A DNA stretch of 61,254 bases from Octopus sinensis (taxonomy: Eukaryota): contig NW_021832406.1 in the NCBI RefSeq assembly GCF_006345805.1, positions 1 through 61,254 on the forward strand. The letters run 5' to 3'. The position numbers and the translations under genes were made by a program. Below are positions 41,466-56,059 of the stretch, one piece after another. The notes beneath the pieces are model-generated. The model was not told the DNA's origin. It was given only the letters and a program-made list of their open reading frames with translations, and ran no database searches. How positions within the stretch are numbered: the stretch's first letter is position 1; every line of letters begins with the position of its first letter.

Positions 41466-42528
41466 AGCAGTATCTTATAATAATTATGTTTGTCATTTCG
41501 TTAATTAGCCCGTCCGTAACGCTTCCACATGATTAGTTGAAGAGGGATGGAAAAGGGGAGAGGAAGGAATGGGAGCGGGAGAATGGGGAGGTAGTGGTGA
41601 GTGAAATGTGTCTTTTGAACTAAGTTTCTTCTGTTACTTAGCCCGTCTGTAACGCCTTTATGTGTTTAGTTGAAGGGAAAGGCGAAAAGCGAAAGTAAAA
41701 GGAAAGAGAAAAAGAGGGTAAGCCGAAGAGTGAGAGAGAAAGAGGGAGAGTTCTGTGTATTAAGTCTATGAAATTCTGCATAAAGTATATAAAGGTATAT
41801 ATAAAGAACATTAAGTAATCATCATATTCCAATTTCCTTCACTTTCCAATGATTAGCAGATGAGCGACTATCTTTTGATATAGACACAACACAGGCTACG
41901 CTTTCACGTTCTTGGATAAAGTTTTCAAAAACAACCCAGTAAATTTACCATTAATTCCGTGAAATATCCACGGGTCTCGCTAGTATTAATTATTGACACT
42001 GATCACATAGCTCTCGTCCCATGACGTGCATTAAAGAATTGAACTGATACATTTTCTATTTAGATTAAATGCTTTAAAACACTGTTATTAACTGTTGTGA
42101 CTGGGGAGAGTCATTTTCTTTTTGTGCCTTATAATTTAACATACTCACTGGTAAAATTATTATTTTACTGTTATTAAAATTAAGAAAATTTTCAAATGTT
42201 AAACAATGTCTTGATCGATAAGCCAATCTGACATATATCTTGATGTATTATACGCAGTAGATTCCAGTTTGCTATTTCTCTAAACAATTTCCCTAATTTT
42301 ATTTCTCCTGGCGGAACTTTCGTTTCTGAACCCAATATCCAATTCCATGCTGAAATCTCTCTAGATAATTTCCTTCTTGTTGAACATTTTGAACTCACTT
42401 CCTGGTCACTGCTTTCTGCAAGGATATTCTCTCTCATTGAGAAACTCCTTGATCACATCTCTTAATTATTTTTGACGCACACATTGTCTGTGTGTGTGTG
42501 TGTGTGTTTGTTTGTATGTCTCCATCTC

Positions 42529-42589
<61 letters not shown>

Positions 42590-43465
42590 AATCTCTCTCT
42601 ATCTATTCATCTATCTGTCTGTCTGCCTCAGTTAATGATCTATCCTTTAATGATCCGCAATCATAATACCCACACCCAAAACGAGATCACTCTTCCTGAT
42701 ACTCCCCTAACACATAGCATCTTTAACACTCAATGTTTTAGTCGATGTCTCTGTTGTTATCTACAATATATTAACTCTTCCATTACTAAAATTTTCCTCA
42801 CTGTTCCTTTCGTTAATGGCCTTTTCATTGAAGATTCCTTTTCACTGTTAATTTCCTTCTTAACTGATCTCTTCATAAACAAAATCCTTACGTAACGATC
42901 CCTCTATGTTATCTAAATATCAGTAAAGAAGAGATCATCTTGATCTGATCTCTTTCTAACCGATTTACTCTTATAAGAATATTGAACCCGTCTTTCCCAA
43001 ACCTGTTCTTGATACTAATTCTGATAAATGTTTTCTCACTGATATCTCTTTTACTGATGCCAATCCATTTTGTTATATGGCATACTGACTATTCCTCATT
43101 GATCTTGCGTTACTACCCCTCTTTGACCCTCCCTCTTCCCCCCTTTCCCTTTTCCTCCTTATCTTCCTCTTCCCTCCCTGTTATTCATATTTTCGTTATT
43201 GACCACCCTATTACTGTTCAGTTCCTTAACGATCTCTGAAATATTTCTCTTCCCGATCTGTCCCTTAACATCAGCTTCTTTGCTGATATCTAAGATTCTC
43301 ATCATTTCCTAAGAGTCCCTTACTAAATATTTCCATGCTGAGGACTGAGTTAAAGAACAGTTGCTACTAATCTCTTCTTTAAAGAGTTCTACCGTACTGT
43401 CTCCTAACTTATTGACAAACCTAACAGACATTACCACACCCAGTTCTCCTTTGTATATTTATGAG

Positions 43466-43700
43466 TGCAGTGAAGGCGTGTGGCTTAGTGGTTAAGGTAT
43501 CAGGCTCACGATCGTAAGGTTGTAAGTTCAATTCCCGTGGAGGCTTTGTGCCCTTGAGCAAGACACTTTATTTCACGTCGCTCCAGTTCATTCAGCTGAC
43601 AAAAATGAATAGTAACTGTATTTTAAAGAGCCAGTTTTGTCTGTGGAGTGGTCAGCCACTTACACTTAAATTTCACGAACAGTTTGTTTCGCTGATCGGA
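43466..43700 (+). mobile_element. SINE family B variant
   Basis: A box TGGCTTAGTGG, B box AGTTCAATTCC and CTTGAGCAAGACACTTTATTTCACG. Confidence 0.8.
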
Positions 43701-43794
43701 TCAACTGGAACCCCGACGGTGTGCCAGTTTTTTTTATGTATGCATGCATACATGCACGCACGCATGCACGCGTGCGCACACAAACACACTCGAG

Positions 43795-45342
43795 TATATA
43801 AAGGATGCTTCAGTTATTAAAAAAGGAAAGTTTTAATATAAGGAAACCAAAAATATTTGTTAGAAAAACCCAATATATTTTTATAGAATTTGGTATCCAT
43901 ATCCTTACATACACATAACAAAAGACTATTGAATTAAAGGTGTCATCAACCTCGATTACAGCTTCGCTACTGCTTCTGAAACGACTAAATTCGTTGATCA
44001 GGTGATCGTTATTCATGTTAGCCATAACGTTCCCAGTAGCAGACATCAAGGTATGCTTGGCATTGTGGGTATGTTTGTTGGTATACCTCACAATAATGCT
44101 CCTGATGTAGTAATCCAAGGGGATGTAAATCAGGAGAGGTAAGTGACCGAGTGTTAGGACTAACATGATCATAAAAAGTTTTCGGCAATCTACTCATTGA
44201 TCGTGCAGGCTGCGTAAGAGGGAACAGTGTCTTGCTGGAACTCATACGGCCTCTCTCCAATCAACTCCCTCGATCCATGGCTTGACAACCGTCTCCAATG
44301 TCTCGATGTAGGCTTCCGCGTTCACTCTAAGACTTTGTGGGGAAAAGTGAAGAAGCATGACATGACCCTCTTACTCGTAGTCCCCAAGACTATCACAGAC
44401 GATGGGATCTTCGTGTGCATAACAGTGAGGACTTCAATAGGGCTGCCTCAGAGCCATCTATCATTCTTCCTATTCACTTTTTGATCTTGAACAAAATTCT
44501 TCTAATCTGAAAAGAACCTGAGCATGTCGGGTTCTTTGGGGTACTTGAATTTGTTCAGCAAGCACTTTCAGCGGATCAAATGGTTCTTTTATGTCTTATC
44601 GGACAAGGGCTGTCCTCTTGTCATAATATAGGATTTGTACCCGATGTCTTCGTGCACTACAGACCTCATCGTTGACTCCGACACATGAAGATAATTGGCA
44701 ATGACCCTCACTGAATGTCCAGTATTCTCACTGATGATGTTCAGAACTTGCTGGACAAACTCGTCTCTTCTGACAATATCTGGCCGTCAAGAGCGTCTTT
44801 TGTTTTTCTTCTGGCCAAAGACATAGTGGAGGCTTGTGGATTAGTGGTTAGAGTGTTGAACTCATGATCGTAAGATTGTGGTTTCGATTCCTGGACCGAG
44901 CAACACGTTGTGCTCTTGAGCAAAACACTTCATTTCACGTTGCTCCTATCTACTACTCAGCTGGCAAAATTGAATAATGCTGCGACGGATTGGCATCTTG
45001 TCCAGGTAGGGAATATATACGCCATGGAAACCGGAAAACAGCCCTTATGACTCGAGAGGAAAACTTTGCTATTTTTTAATTTACAGAAGGCGTATTCCCA
45101 CGAAAATCCAGGACTTCTTTTCTGATTTTCAAACGAAGAATCTAGCAACATTTAAGGAGGTTGCAATCTCAGAATCACTGTGATTGGTAGCCGAGGCGAC
45201 GAGGGCGGTGTATCTTTTCATCGTTTGCATTTGATTCGGAGCTTCTCCGTTGGGGTTGAAAAAAGAATGGAAATAACTTGTTAAAGTTTGTGTGACTTAG
45301 TGTTTTTAAAAGTTTTGTTCTCAAATAATGTTCCCACCTTGC
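43795..45342 (-). mobile_element. mariner-like (DD37D/maT-type) transposon, decayed, interrupted by a SINE
   Basis: N-terminus MKRYTALVASATNHSDSEIATSLNVAR at about 45221, and GRPYEFQQD...SPDLHPLDYY..TNKHTHN. Confidence 0.8.
44823..45060 (+). mobile_element. SINE family B variant nested in the transposon
   Basis: GTGGATTAGTGGTTAGAG..GGTTTCGATTCC..CTTGAGCAAAACACTTCATTTCACG. Confidence 0.8.
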
Positions 45343-45410
45343 AAAAGTGTGTGTGTATGAAATGCATGCATGTGTATAAATTTATGTATATATATTTATA
45401 TGTGTATATG

Positions 45411-45590
45411 TAGGCGCAGGAGTGGCTGTGTGGTAAGAAGCTTGCTTCCCAACCACATGGTTCCGGGTTCAGTCCCACTGTGTGGCACCTTGGGTAAGTG
45501 TCTTCTACTATAGGATAAGGCCAACCAAAACCCTGTGAGTGGATTTGGTTGACGGAAACTGAAAGAACAAGTAAAAAATAAAAGAATAAA
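45411..45590 (+). mobile_element. SINE family A, 5' part
   Basis: GGCGCAGGAGTGGCTGTGTGGTAAGAAGCTTGCTTCCCAACCACATGGTTCCGGGTTCAGTCCC. Confidence 0.85.
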
Positions 45591-46096
45591 AGAATATATA
45601 TGAAGAATAAAAAATTATATATATATATCCATGGTTATAGTGTTGCAATCAGGGAAGCAACGTCATGGTTTCCATTCGAATGGAAACCAAACTGAGCAAA
45701 ACACTTTATTTCACGTTGTTCTACTCTACTCAGTTGTAAATAGGTAACCGTGCCACGGACTGGCATTCCTTTCAAACGGAATGTTGGCCTGCCCGCCTTG
45801 CAAACGGGAAAACATTATTCGAAAGATAAAACAATGCGAGGAAACGTATCGTAACCACCGGTGTCTGTCTCTCTTTCTGTCTGTCTGTCTGTTATTTATG
45901 TTAATATATTAAAAAAGGGAGGCACTTTCAGCTGCAATGCGCAACCAAAACTGCGCACAGTAGTGATGTCCACAAATCTCCCCGATATCCAATATAGAAA
46001 GATCCGAGTCACCAAACTCGGGATAGGCTAGAGGGAGGAATACCATCCAAACAATGAGAAAAATAATAAGCAAAAGGCAGGTGAGATATTCAAAAT

Positions 46097-46247
46097 TTTA
46101 TAGGACATACAAGCATTTCAGCAAAATGCCGAAAGAATTTAATAACAAGTAGAAACATTCAGCAATCGGTCATTTTGCCTCTTGCATAATGTTTCTACTT
46201 ATGTAATTATTTCCGCATTTCACTGAAACGCTTGTATGTCCTATAAA
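46097..46247. repeat. ~60-bp-arm hairpin
   Basis: TTTATAGGACATACAAGCATTTCAG pairs with CTGAAACGCTTGTATGTCCTATAAA, and AAGTAGAAACATT with AATGTTTCTACTT. Confidence 0.85.
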
Positions 46248-46352
46248 GCTTTGTCTACCATACATGTTTTCTACTCTCTCTCTCTCTCACTATCTCTCTC
46301 CCTAAACTTGTTACAAGTTCAAATATACTTGAGGCGTTTATATATTTATGTA

Positions 46353-46437
<85 letters not shown>

Positions 46438-46458
46438 GTCTGTCTATCTATCTATCTA

Positions 46459-46493
<35 letters not shown>

Positions 46494-46792
46494 GCACACA
46501 CAAACACACATGTATATATATGTATGTATATATATATATATATATTTTTCAGGGTTAAATAAAAAGGCAACAAACGGAAAATATGACATACTTATATATA
46601 TACAATTACAACAAAACGTCTAGTAAATAAACAAACGAACAAAGGCGAACACAAAACACAGGTCACCGATTCTTCATCCGTTATCGGCCAGAGGGTCAAA
46701 AGCAATTTCAACTATGCATATATGTATATATGTGTCTCTATGTACATACACACACACACACACACACACACATGTATGTATATATAAAAATA

Positions 46793-47630
46793 TATAGGGT
46801 ACGGTGAATATATTGTCGTCTAAATTAAGCAAAAATGAAAATAACACTGACATCTCATTTTAACAGATATATTTACCAAAATTACAAAATTACATCTTGA
46901 AACATGGAAGAGTAAATTTAAATAAAATTTGCCATTGGTTTCAACCACCACGTTCAGATGACTTAGGAATATCTTGTAGCACTTCTGGAAAGTCTCCTTG
47001 TTTAAGTCGGTGAATGCTGCCATAATCCTGTTCATCTTTGGTGTTTTGTTGGTCTCTCGCTCTACTGCACCCGACACATAATAATCAAGGAGGTTACAGT
47101 TAGGGGAGTTAGGTGCCCCGGTGCTAGGAGTGATGTGGTCGCAGAAATTGTCTGATAGCCATGACTGAGTTCTTCTGCTTGTGTAGCATGGCGCAGAGCC
47201 CTATTGCCAGATATAGGATCTTCCAGTAGCCACCTTCTTGACCCAGGGCAGCACTTGACGTAGACCTACGTACTGAGTCTAAGGCCGTGTGGGAAGATGA
47301 ATGGAGGCATAATGTCGCCATCACGAGTGGTCACTCAAAACACCATGAGGTTTACTGGATATTTGATTTTTATCACTCTCGGTACATGTTTTTGGGACAC
47401 AGTAAGCCAACGGTTGTTCTGTGTGTCTACCATCTGTTCGTATTGGAGCTTCTGGTGCGAATTCCGTGCAGTACAGCATGTCGTTTCCAAATTCCTGGCA
47501 GATTGAACTGCGTCATGCTGCAGTTTTTTCTCAAAGACGGCGACCGTGTAGTCGCCAAAATCAAACAAATATACACATGCACGAAATAAAAAAAATATCA
47601 AATAGCGATAATTTACCCATGACACCCTAT
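46793..47630 (-). mobile_element. internally deleted mariner-like (DD37D/maT-type) transposon with both TIRs
   Basis: TA-flanked TIRs TAGGGT..ATTGTCG / CGATAATTTACCCATGACACCCTA. Protein ..PNSPNCNLLDYYVSGAVERETNKTP. Confidence 0.8.
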
Positions 47631-47687
47631 ATATATATTTATTTACACACACGCACACATATGTGTGTATAATATATATATATATAT

Positions 47688-47912
<225 letters not shown>

Positions 47913-48114
47913 ATATACATATATATACAAACAGCTGTAATTTACTAGATGTATCATTTATTTGTATCAAATAATAAAACTGAATTGAATTTATCATTTA
48001 ATGATTAAATTATTTAATTGTTCAATTTGTTATTTTGGTTTCCATTTCAAATTTATACATGCATACATTCACACATACACACACACACACACACATACAT
48101 ACATACATACATAA

Positions 48115-48146
<32 letters not shown>

Positions 48147-49065
48147 CACATACATCCTTAATTTAAGAATACCCTTCTTTCTTGTTCCCACTATCTATTT
48201 ATTTATCTTCTATTCTCTTCTAGTCTGTCTTTCTGTCTCTCTCTCCCTCTCTGTGCATGTATGCCCACATACACACACATATACACACACACTCACACAC
48301 ACACAAATACAGCTTTGTTTTCTCGGCTGAGTTGATCACCTCCTAATCTCTTCTTTGTTTAATTTGCAAGTCCTCTCTCTCTCTCTCTCTCTCTCTCTAG
48401 CTCTCTCTCTCTTCCTCCCTCCCTCCCTCTCTTTATCTAATTCTCCCTCGCTTACTCTCTTCCCCTCACTCTGTCCCCCCTCTCACTCTCTCTCAATAAT
48501 ACTCATATTTCTAATTTCTCTCCTACATCATTCTTATTTTCCTTCTTTCTTTCGTCGCCCTTTCTACAGTTCTTCCTTCACTTAAATTTGTTCTTATCGC
48601 TTCCATTTTTTCCCTACCTCTCCACAAACCACCATACTCCATCAGAACTCCTTATATTTACAGCCAACCCACTCACCTCATCGCCCAAACCTACCGGTCT
48701 TCAATGTTTCCAATGTCTGGACCATTCTTTGTCCTCCTAATTCCTTCTCTTTTCGACTTGTTTTCTTGCTTTTATTATCATTCTTTTTCTTTTTGCTTTT
48801 CTTTTCTTTTTTTTTTTTTTTTTGCTACCAAAGGACATATTTACACACGAGCAAGTCTGCTGTCCTGTTAAAGAAACTGGACAGTGGTCAAACAAGATTC
48901 AATCAAGATGTCAGACTACGTATAGACGAAGATAGTGGAAGAGGGGAAAAGAGCGGGCAGTTGTTGTTGGTTTTGTTATTGATGTTAGATTTTTACTTTT
49001 CTTTTGTTGTTGAAATCATCATCATCATCATCCTCATCCTCATTATTATTATTATTATATTATTA

Positions 49066-49096
<31 letters not shown>

Positions 49097-49529
49097 GTTG
49101 TTGTTGTTGTTGTTGTTATTGTTGTTATTATTATTATTATTATTATTATTAGTAGTAGTAGTAGTCGTAGTTGTAGTTGTTGTTGTAATAGCAGCACGAG
49201 AAGTAGTGGTAGTAGTTGATGGGTAGGTCGTGGTGGTGTTGGTAGTCGTATTAGTTATTATTAGTTGCTGCTGTATCGGTGATGGTCAAGCTTGTGCAAT
49301 CAAGATGGTGGTAGCTACAAACACCGTTGTTGGCGGCGGTGTTGAGTAGACAGTAGCAGCAGCAGAAGCAGTGTTGGAAGGTGGTGGTGGTGGTGGTGGT
49401 GATTGTGATGGTTGTGGTGATTGTGTTGGTTATGGTGGCGGTGATAGTAATGGTTTTTGTTAAAAGGTGGCGCTGGGAAGCGGTAGATGAGGTTAAATTC
49501 TGTAGTCGGTGAAGATAGCAATAGTCATG

Positions 49530-50100
49530 AACAAAATGAATGACTTATGGGGAACAGATAGACATCAGTAATGGCGGTGATGGAAGAGGAATTGTGGGGA
49601 GGATGACGATAGCAATGACAATATTGATGGTAATGACAGACAACGACAAAACTGATAACCAATGGGAGAAATGATCTCCTAGAAATAGCAGTCAAATCTC
49701 ATTCAAATTACCTTATGTAATAAGAAATAAACAAAAATAAAACTGGATGGTCATGGTTGGAAAGCTGTTAATCAAAGGTCTGCTGGATCAGGGCTGACTG
49801 GGAATGGACTAAAATGAGTGACTTATGACGGATAGATAGACATCAGAAATGACGGTGATGGTGGAGGAATTAGGGGAAGGATGACGAAAACAATGACAAT
49901 ATTGAAGGTAGTGACAGACAACGACAAAACTGGTAACGTGTGGGGAAAATGACCTTATAGAAATAGCAGTTAAATCTCATTTAAATCACAACGTGTAACA
50001 TCCTAAAAGAAATAAACAAAAATAGAACTGGGTGATCATGGCTGGATAGCCGTTAATCAAAGTTCTACTGGATCAGGGCTGAGCTGGTAATTGACTAAAA
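49530..50100. repeat. diverged tandem duplication (~280-bp unit) containing an old dispersed repeat
   Basis: AAAATGA.TGACTTATG..GATAGACATCAG..GACAGACAACGACAAAACTG..GGATCAGGGCTGA occurs twice. Related pieces at about 11340, 18905, 26410, 31560 and 50520. Confidence 0.85.
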
Positions 50101-50214
50101 TATGACAATTATAGGCAAGGGAAGTTCTTCAATGTCGCTTGACCGGTTAGGATTACTAGTCTAATCTTTTCAAATCATACGCTACCGTTTTAAATAAGGT
50201 AAAGATACGTGCGT

Positions 50215-50400
50215 TAAGTGAAGGCGTGTAGCCTACCGGTTAGAATTCTGCATTCACGATTGCAAGATTCTGGTTTCGATTCCTGGACCAGGCGTTGTGT
50301 TTTGTTCTTGAGCAAAACACTTCATTTCACGCTCCCGCAGACCACTCAGCTGTAAGTGAATAAACCTGTGACTGACTGACGCTAGGTTCAGAGAAAATAT
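50215..50400 (+). mobile_element. SINE family B variant, degenerate
   Basis: GGTTTCGATTCCTGGACC..CTTGAGCAAAACACTTCATTTCACG. Confidence 0.7.
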
Positions 50401-50822
50401 TGTGATCTTGGTCAATTACATGTCATGGAAACAAGGTCGCCGGCTTTATATGTCTTAAAACTCGTGACGTTAATGTCTAAGGGACTTATACGCATTAGTG
50501 TAGTCCTAGGTATCCAAAAGATGGGATGGTCACAGCTGGAATAACTTCAATGATAGGTTGGGTCGACCAAGGATTGATCTGGTACTAAACAACCACAAAC
50601 AACAATGATGATGATAACGGTGATACTGAGTGATGGTAATAATGATGATGATGGTGATTGTGATAGTAGTGATGTTGATGAGGATTATGGTGATGATGAG
50701 GATGATGATAATACTGGTGGTGATGGTAGCGGTGTTCATGTTGGTGGTGATGGTGGAATGTGGACAATAGTTTTGGAATGGTAAAGATCAGGAGGAAAGA
50801 TGAGGTTGCGTATAATGAAAGA

Positions 50823-51145
50823 CGGAGGCGCAATGGCCCAGTGGTTAGGGCAGCAGACTCGTGGTCGGAGGATCGCAGTTTCGATTCCCAGACCGGGCGT
50901 TGTGTGTGTTTATTGAGCGAAAACACCTAAAGCTCCACAAGGCTCCGGTGGGGTGGGGTGTCGACCCCTGTTGTACTCTTTTATTCCAACTTTCTTTCAC
51001 TCTCTCTTCCTGTTTTATGAGCAACGCTGCGATGGACTGGCGTCCTGTCCAGCTGGGGGTACACATACGCCACAGAAACCGGGAAACCGGGCCCATGAGC
51101 CTGGCTAGGCTTGAAAAGAACGCACAAATAAATAAATAAATAAAT
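50823..51145 (+). mobile_element. SINE family B with (TAAA)n tail
   Basis: A box TGGCCCAGTGG, B box AGTTTCGATTCC. ATAATGAAAGAC direct repeat at about 50812 and 51144 is a probable TSD. Confidence 0.88.
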
Positions 51146-52502
51146 AATGAAAGACAACTATGATCAAGGTTGTGAATACGTGTCAGTGGATGATGATGAT
51201 GATGACGATAATGATGACGACGACGATGACGATGCTGGTGATGAGGAGGATGATAGTGACGACGGCAATGATAATGACGATGATGATAGTGTTGGCGATA
51301 GTGACGGTGGTGGTAACGATGAGGGTCATACTGACAGGTGAAGATGTGGACGGGTAAAATAGATTAGCGGTGGTGACGTTCATGATGACGACGTTGTTGG
51401 TGATTTCGAAAGGGAAAGCAACGTTGGTGGTGCAGGGACGAGTTGCAACGATCGTATAGTTCGTTCATATACATACATACATACATACACACATATACAA
51501 ACACACGTGCATGTGTGTATGGAGTGTTGAGTGTAAAGTGGAAGAATGAGGAGACACAAATGAATAGCTTCTTTTGGCCACCGTAGACGTCTCGTCTTCA
51601 TGTCTTGCCAAAGTTCTAGCCGCAGGCACTCTTCTCCCGTCCTTGCGATAAAAGCACGATCCGACACCGGCGACGACGACGACGAAAACGACGATGACGA
51701 TGACTACAGCAGCAACAACAACAACAGAAACAACAAGAAAAAAACAACAACAACAACAACAACAATAACGACGATGACGAGGGCAACAGCTACAACGACA
51801 ACAACCAGTGTAGCAACGATATCGGCGACGTTAACAATGAAAATTACAATTGACAAGGTGAATAAAGGACGAGAACAACAAGAACAACTTTATCGACGAC
51901 GATGTCAACAACAACAACAACAACAACAACGAGGCGATGATAACGAAGCTGACAGCAACAACGACAACGGCAGCAATAACAGCGGTGACGATGGACGATG
52001 GCAAAGACGCAACTGTTACGATTCTAATACAATAATAATGGCAACAACCACGACAATAACAGAAGTGTCAAATGACCACCACCACGACAACAACAATAAC
52101 AGCAACAATGACAATTAGTAGAATCGACAAGGAAAAGCAAACAGCAACAACAACAACAACAACAACAACAACAGCAACACTTAAAGAAGTCTCATATATA
52201 TGTAAAATAGTGGGCTTGATAGAAAAATTTCGGTTATCGGTGATTATTCAAACAATTAACAGATAAAGAAGAAACTCCCTGTAGGATGTTTAGATTTTTA
52301 AAAAAATAGAGAAGAGAAAGGTATTCAAGGGAGATAACTTCAATATGAATACTTGATTGAACCTTGAGGCACAATATAGACGGTCGTTATAATTCCCACT
52401 ACCACCTTCGAAATCCCCAAACAGTACCACGATTATCGATATCACTAGACGTAATTAATGTATCTTACTCACCCATCCTATCACCCGTTAACATCATTGT
52501 CG

Positions 52503-53895
52503 TAAGGCGGCGAGCTGGCAGAAACGTTAGCACGCCGGGCGAAATGCTTAGCGGTATTTCGTCTGCCGCTACGTTCTGAGTTCAAATTCCGCCGAGGTCG
52601 ACTTTGTCTTTCATCCATTCGGGGTCGATAAATTAAGTACCAGTTACGTACTGGGTCGATGTAATCGACTTAATCCGATGTAATCTGTCCTTGTTTGTCC
52701 CTTCTGTGTTTAGCCCCTTGTGGGTAATAAAGAAATAAGAATCGTTTGCATGCCAGGCGAAATGCTTAGCGGTATTTCGACTGTCATTACGTTCTGAGTT
52801 CAAATTCCGCCGAGGTCGACTTTGCCTTTCATCCATTCGGGGTCGATAAATTAAGTACCAGTTACGTACTGGGTCGATGTAATCGACTTAATCCGATGTA
52901 ATCTGTCCTTGTTTGTCCTCTCTGTGTTTAGACCCTTGTGGGTAGTAAAGAAATAGGTATTTCGTCTGTCTTTACATTCTGAGTTCAAATTCGCCGAGGT
53001 CGACTTTGCCTTTCATCCATTCGGGGTCGATAAATTAAGTACCAGTTACGTACTGGGTCGATGTAATCGACTTAATCCGATGTAATCTGTCCTTGTTTGT
53101 CTCCCCTATGTTTATCCCCTTGTGGGTAATAAAGAAATAAGTAACGTTAGCCCGCCGGGCGAAATGCTTAGCGGTATTTCGACTGTCTTTATGTTCTAAG
53201 TTCAAATTCCGCCGAGGTCGACTTTGTCTTTCATCCATTCGGGGTCGATATAAATTAAGTACCAGTTACGTACTGGGTCGATGTAATCGACTTAATCCGA
53301 TGTAATCTGTCCTTGTTTGTCTCCCCTATGTTTATCCCCTTGTGGGTAATAAAGAAATAAGTAACGTTAGCCCGCCGGGCGAAATGCTTAGCGGTATTTC
53401 GTCTGCCGTTACGTTCTGAGTTCAAATTCCGCCGAGGTCGACTTTGCCTTTCATCCTTTCGGGGTCGATAAATTAAGTACCAGTTACGCACTGGGGTCGA
53501 AGTAATCGACTTAATCCGTTTGTATGTCCTTGTTTGTCCTCTCTGTGTTTAGACCCTTGTGGGTAGTAAAGAAATAGGTATTTCGTCTGTCTTTACATTC
53601 TGAGTTCAAATTCCGCCGAGGTCGACTTTACCTTTTATCCTTTCGGGGTCGATAAATTAAGTAACAGTTGCGCACTGGGGTCAATATAATCGACTTAATC
53701 CCTTTGTCTGTCCTTGTTTGTCTCCCCTATGTTTATCCCCTTGTGGGTAATAAAGAAATAAGTAACGTTAGCCCGCCGGGCGAAATGCTTAGCGGTATTT
53801 CGACTGTCTTTATGTTCTAAGTTCAAATTCCGCCGAAGTCGATCTAATCCCTCTCCCAAAATTTCAGGCCTTGTGCCTAGATTAGAAAAGAATTA
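52503..53895 (+). repeat. tandem array of seven family M SINE units with ~620-bp higher-order period
   Basis: Units start at about 52503, 52739, 52957, 53141, 53361, 53577 and 53762, each with a B-box-like GTTCAAATT and the Meta-like core. Confidence 0.92.
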
Positions 53896-54763
53896 TCGTC
53901 GTCGTCATCGTGTCATCGTCATCATCGTTGCCGTCGTCGTTGTCTTTGTCGCTGTCGTCGTCATCGTCGTCATCGTCGTCGTAGTTGTCTTTGTCGTCAC
54001 CCTCTTCGTCGTCGTAAGTTGCTTGCAATGAACTACTTTATGCACTGACAAACACACATTCACACACATATGCTAATCAAATGAAACCGACTATACAAAT
54101 ATAAACAACGCAAGTTACACAAATAGCATTAAAAGTCATAATAGAATTATCACCCAGCATAATGCTACTTACGGAATTCAGGTAGCATCGGATATCTGAA
54201 AAATTCTCTTTAGGGCATTAAATAAACATTTTTCTCCTCTAGATATTCCACTAAAACTTATCTAGCTGATAATAAAGCATCTATTAACAGTAAGAAATCG
54301 AATACTTATAGAAATAGCGACTGTAAGTTTAATTAGTCAGGCGGCAAATACTATTACAAATACTGTTACAAATAATATGCTATCTGGTACAAAAACGGTG
54401 ACAGCAATAATTATACCATTAACTGTAAAAGAATAAGCTTCCTAATGACAGTAAACTTAACAGTATTTGCAATATTTACATATATACATACATACATGCA
54501 TACATACATGCATACACAGGCGTATGTACGTGCATGCATACGTACATACATACACACATGTATGCATACATACACACATACATACGTACATATATATGAC
54601 GAACTAACTGTTACTTTCTCAGATGCAGCACGGATTTTTGTCAGTGAACAGGTCGCGGATTTTAGCGACGAAAATATTTTGACAAATTAAACTTAAATGT
54701 TGAAGTGAATCGAACGGCTTTTGTGTGTTTCTTAAATGGCTTATAAACACCTTCCACGCTGCA

Positions 54764-54799
<36 letters not shown>

Positions 54800-54996
54800 C
54801 TATTTTCAACTGCTTAGAATAGTGTACTCAAAGATAAATCTTCTGAGAGTGAATATAGATAACTCGCACCATATTTGTTAGTCTGGCAAAATATATATTC
54901 TGATCTGATTTGTCTATGCCTCATCGGGAACTCATGAGCCATTGACGAAGCAATATATATTTCATCAGATTAACGAATACGGATTACATAATCTCC

Positions 54997-55030
<34 letters not shown>

Positions 55031-55244
55031 CTATATATATATTTAGAGAGAGAGTGATAGAGAGAAAAAGGAAGAGAGAGAGAGAGAAAGAGAGAGAGAG
55101 AAAGAGAGAGAGAGAAAGAGGGAGAGAGATAAGTGCCAACGCACGAATTTCGGCCCTTGAGTCACTCTGTTGCTTCTGCTAAATATTAATAAAATTATAC
55201 ATATACTCAAATTTCGAGTTCTATTTTTCATATATGCATCACCA

Positions 55245-55287
<43 letters not shown>

Positions 55288-55288
55288 A

Positions 55289-55325
<37 letters not shown>

Positions 55326-55332
55326 CTCTCTT

Positions 55333-55385
<53 letters not shown>

Positions 55386-56059
55386 GATCTCGGAACTCCA
55401 TTATATGGAACAAATGTTACAAACCCCCGTGCCCTCGAATAGATGAAGGGCAAATCCAGTGGGATTTGAACTCCAAGGGTCTGTAATCGGAGCAAATATA
55501 GCAAAGCCATCTACTCCTCTCTCTCTCTCTCCCTTCTCCTTTCTCTTTGTTTATTTTTGTTAGTGGTGTCCTACGAGTATGGCAGTATTTAAACATTTTA
55601 TTATAATTGGAAATCTGACAGACTTAACGGAGACATACGTGTTTGTGTGTGCCTGTGAGTTATGTTTATATTGAGTATGTGTATGTTTGTGTGCTGGGAG
55701 AATACGAGGGTGGGGGACATACAATTTGAAAGAAGGAGAGAGGTGGGGGTCCTGAGTTGAAATATTCTAGAAGGTAACATCGTCCTCCAGTCAATAACAA
55801 GCGATCAGGTAACAGATTAAACATTAGATATCAGTGACGTGATGTAATTTCTACCACAGTTCAATCAACATGACAGTAAAACTTGGACAGAGGACGGTGG
55901 TAGTTTGGGCTGAGTGATTGATAGAAAGACAGAAAAACAGGGAAAAATGTGTGTGTGTGTATATATTGATGTAGGAGTAGGAGGAGGAAGGTCGCATGAG
56001 AAGGAGAAAAAGGGAGAAAGAAAAGACATGGATGAGGTGTGGTGGTGGTGAAAACTGAT

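Noticed and set aside
48820-48930. Possible small exon after a poly-T tract
   Set aside because: Splice-like signals occur on both strands but there is no recognisable protein and no partner exons.
52503-53895. CRISPR-like or tRNA gene array
   Set aside because: Units are ~200-bp SINE copies with no unique spacers and no complete cloverleaf.
54915-54970. TGACGAAG..TTCATCAG palindrome resembling paired hammerhead cores
   Set aside because: No GAAA half and no helices.
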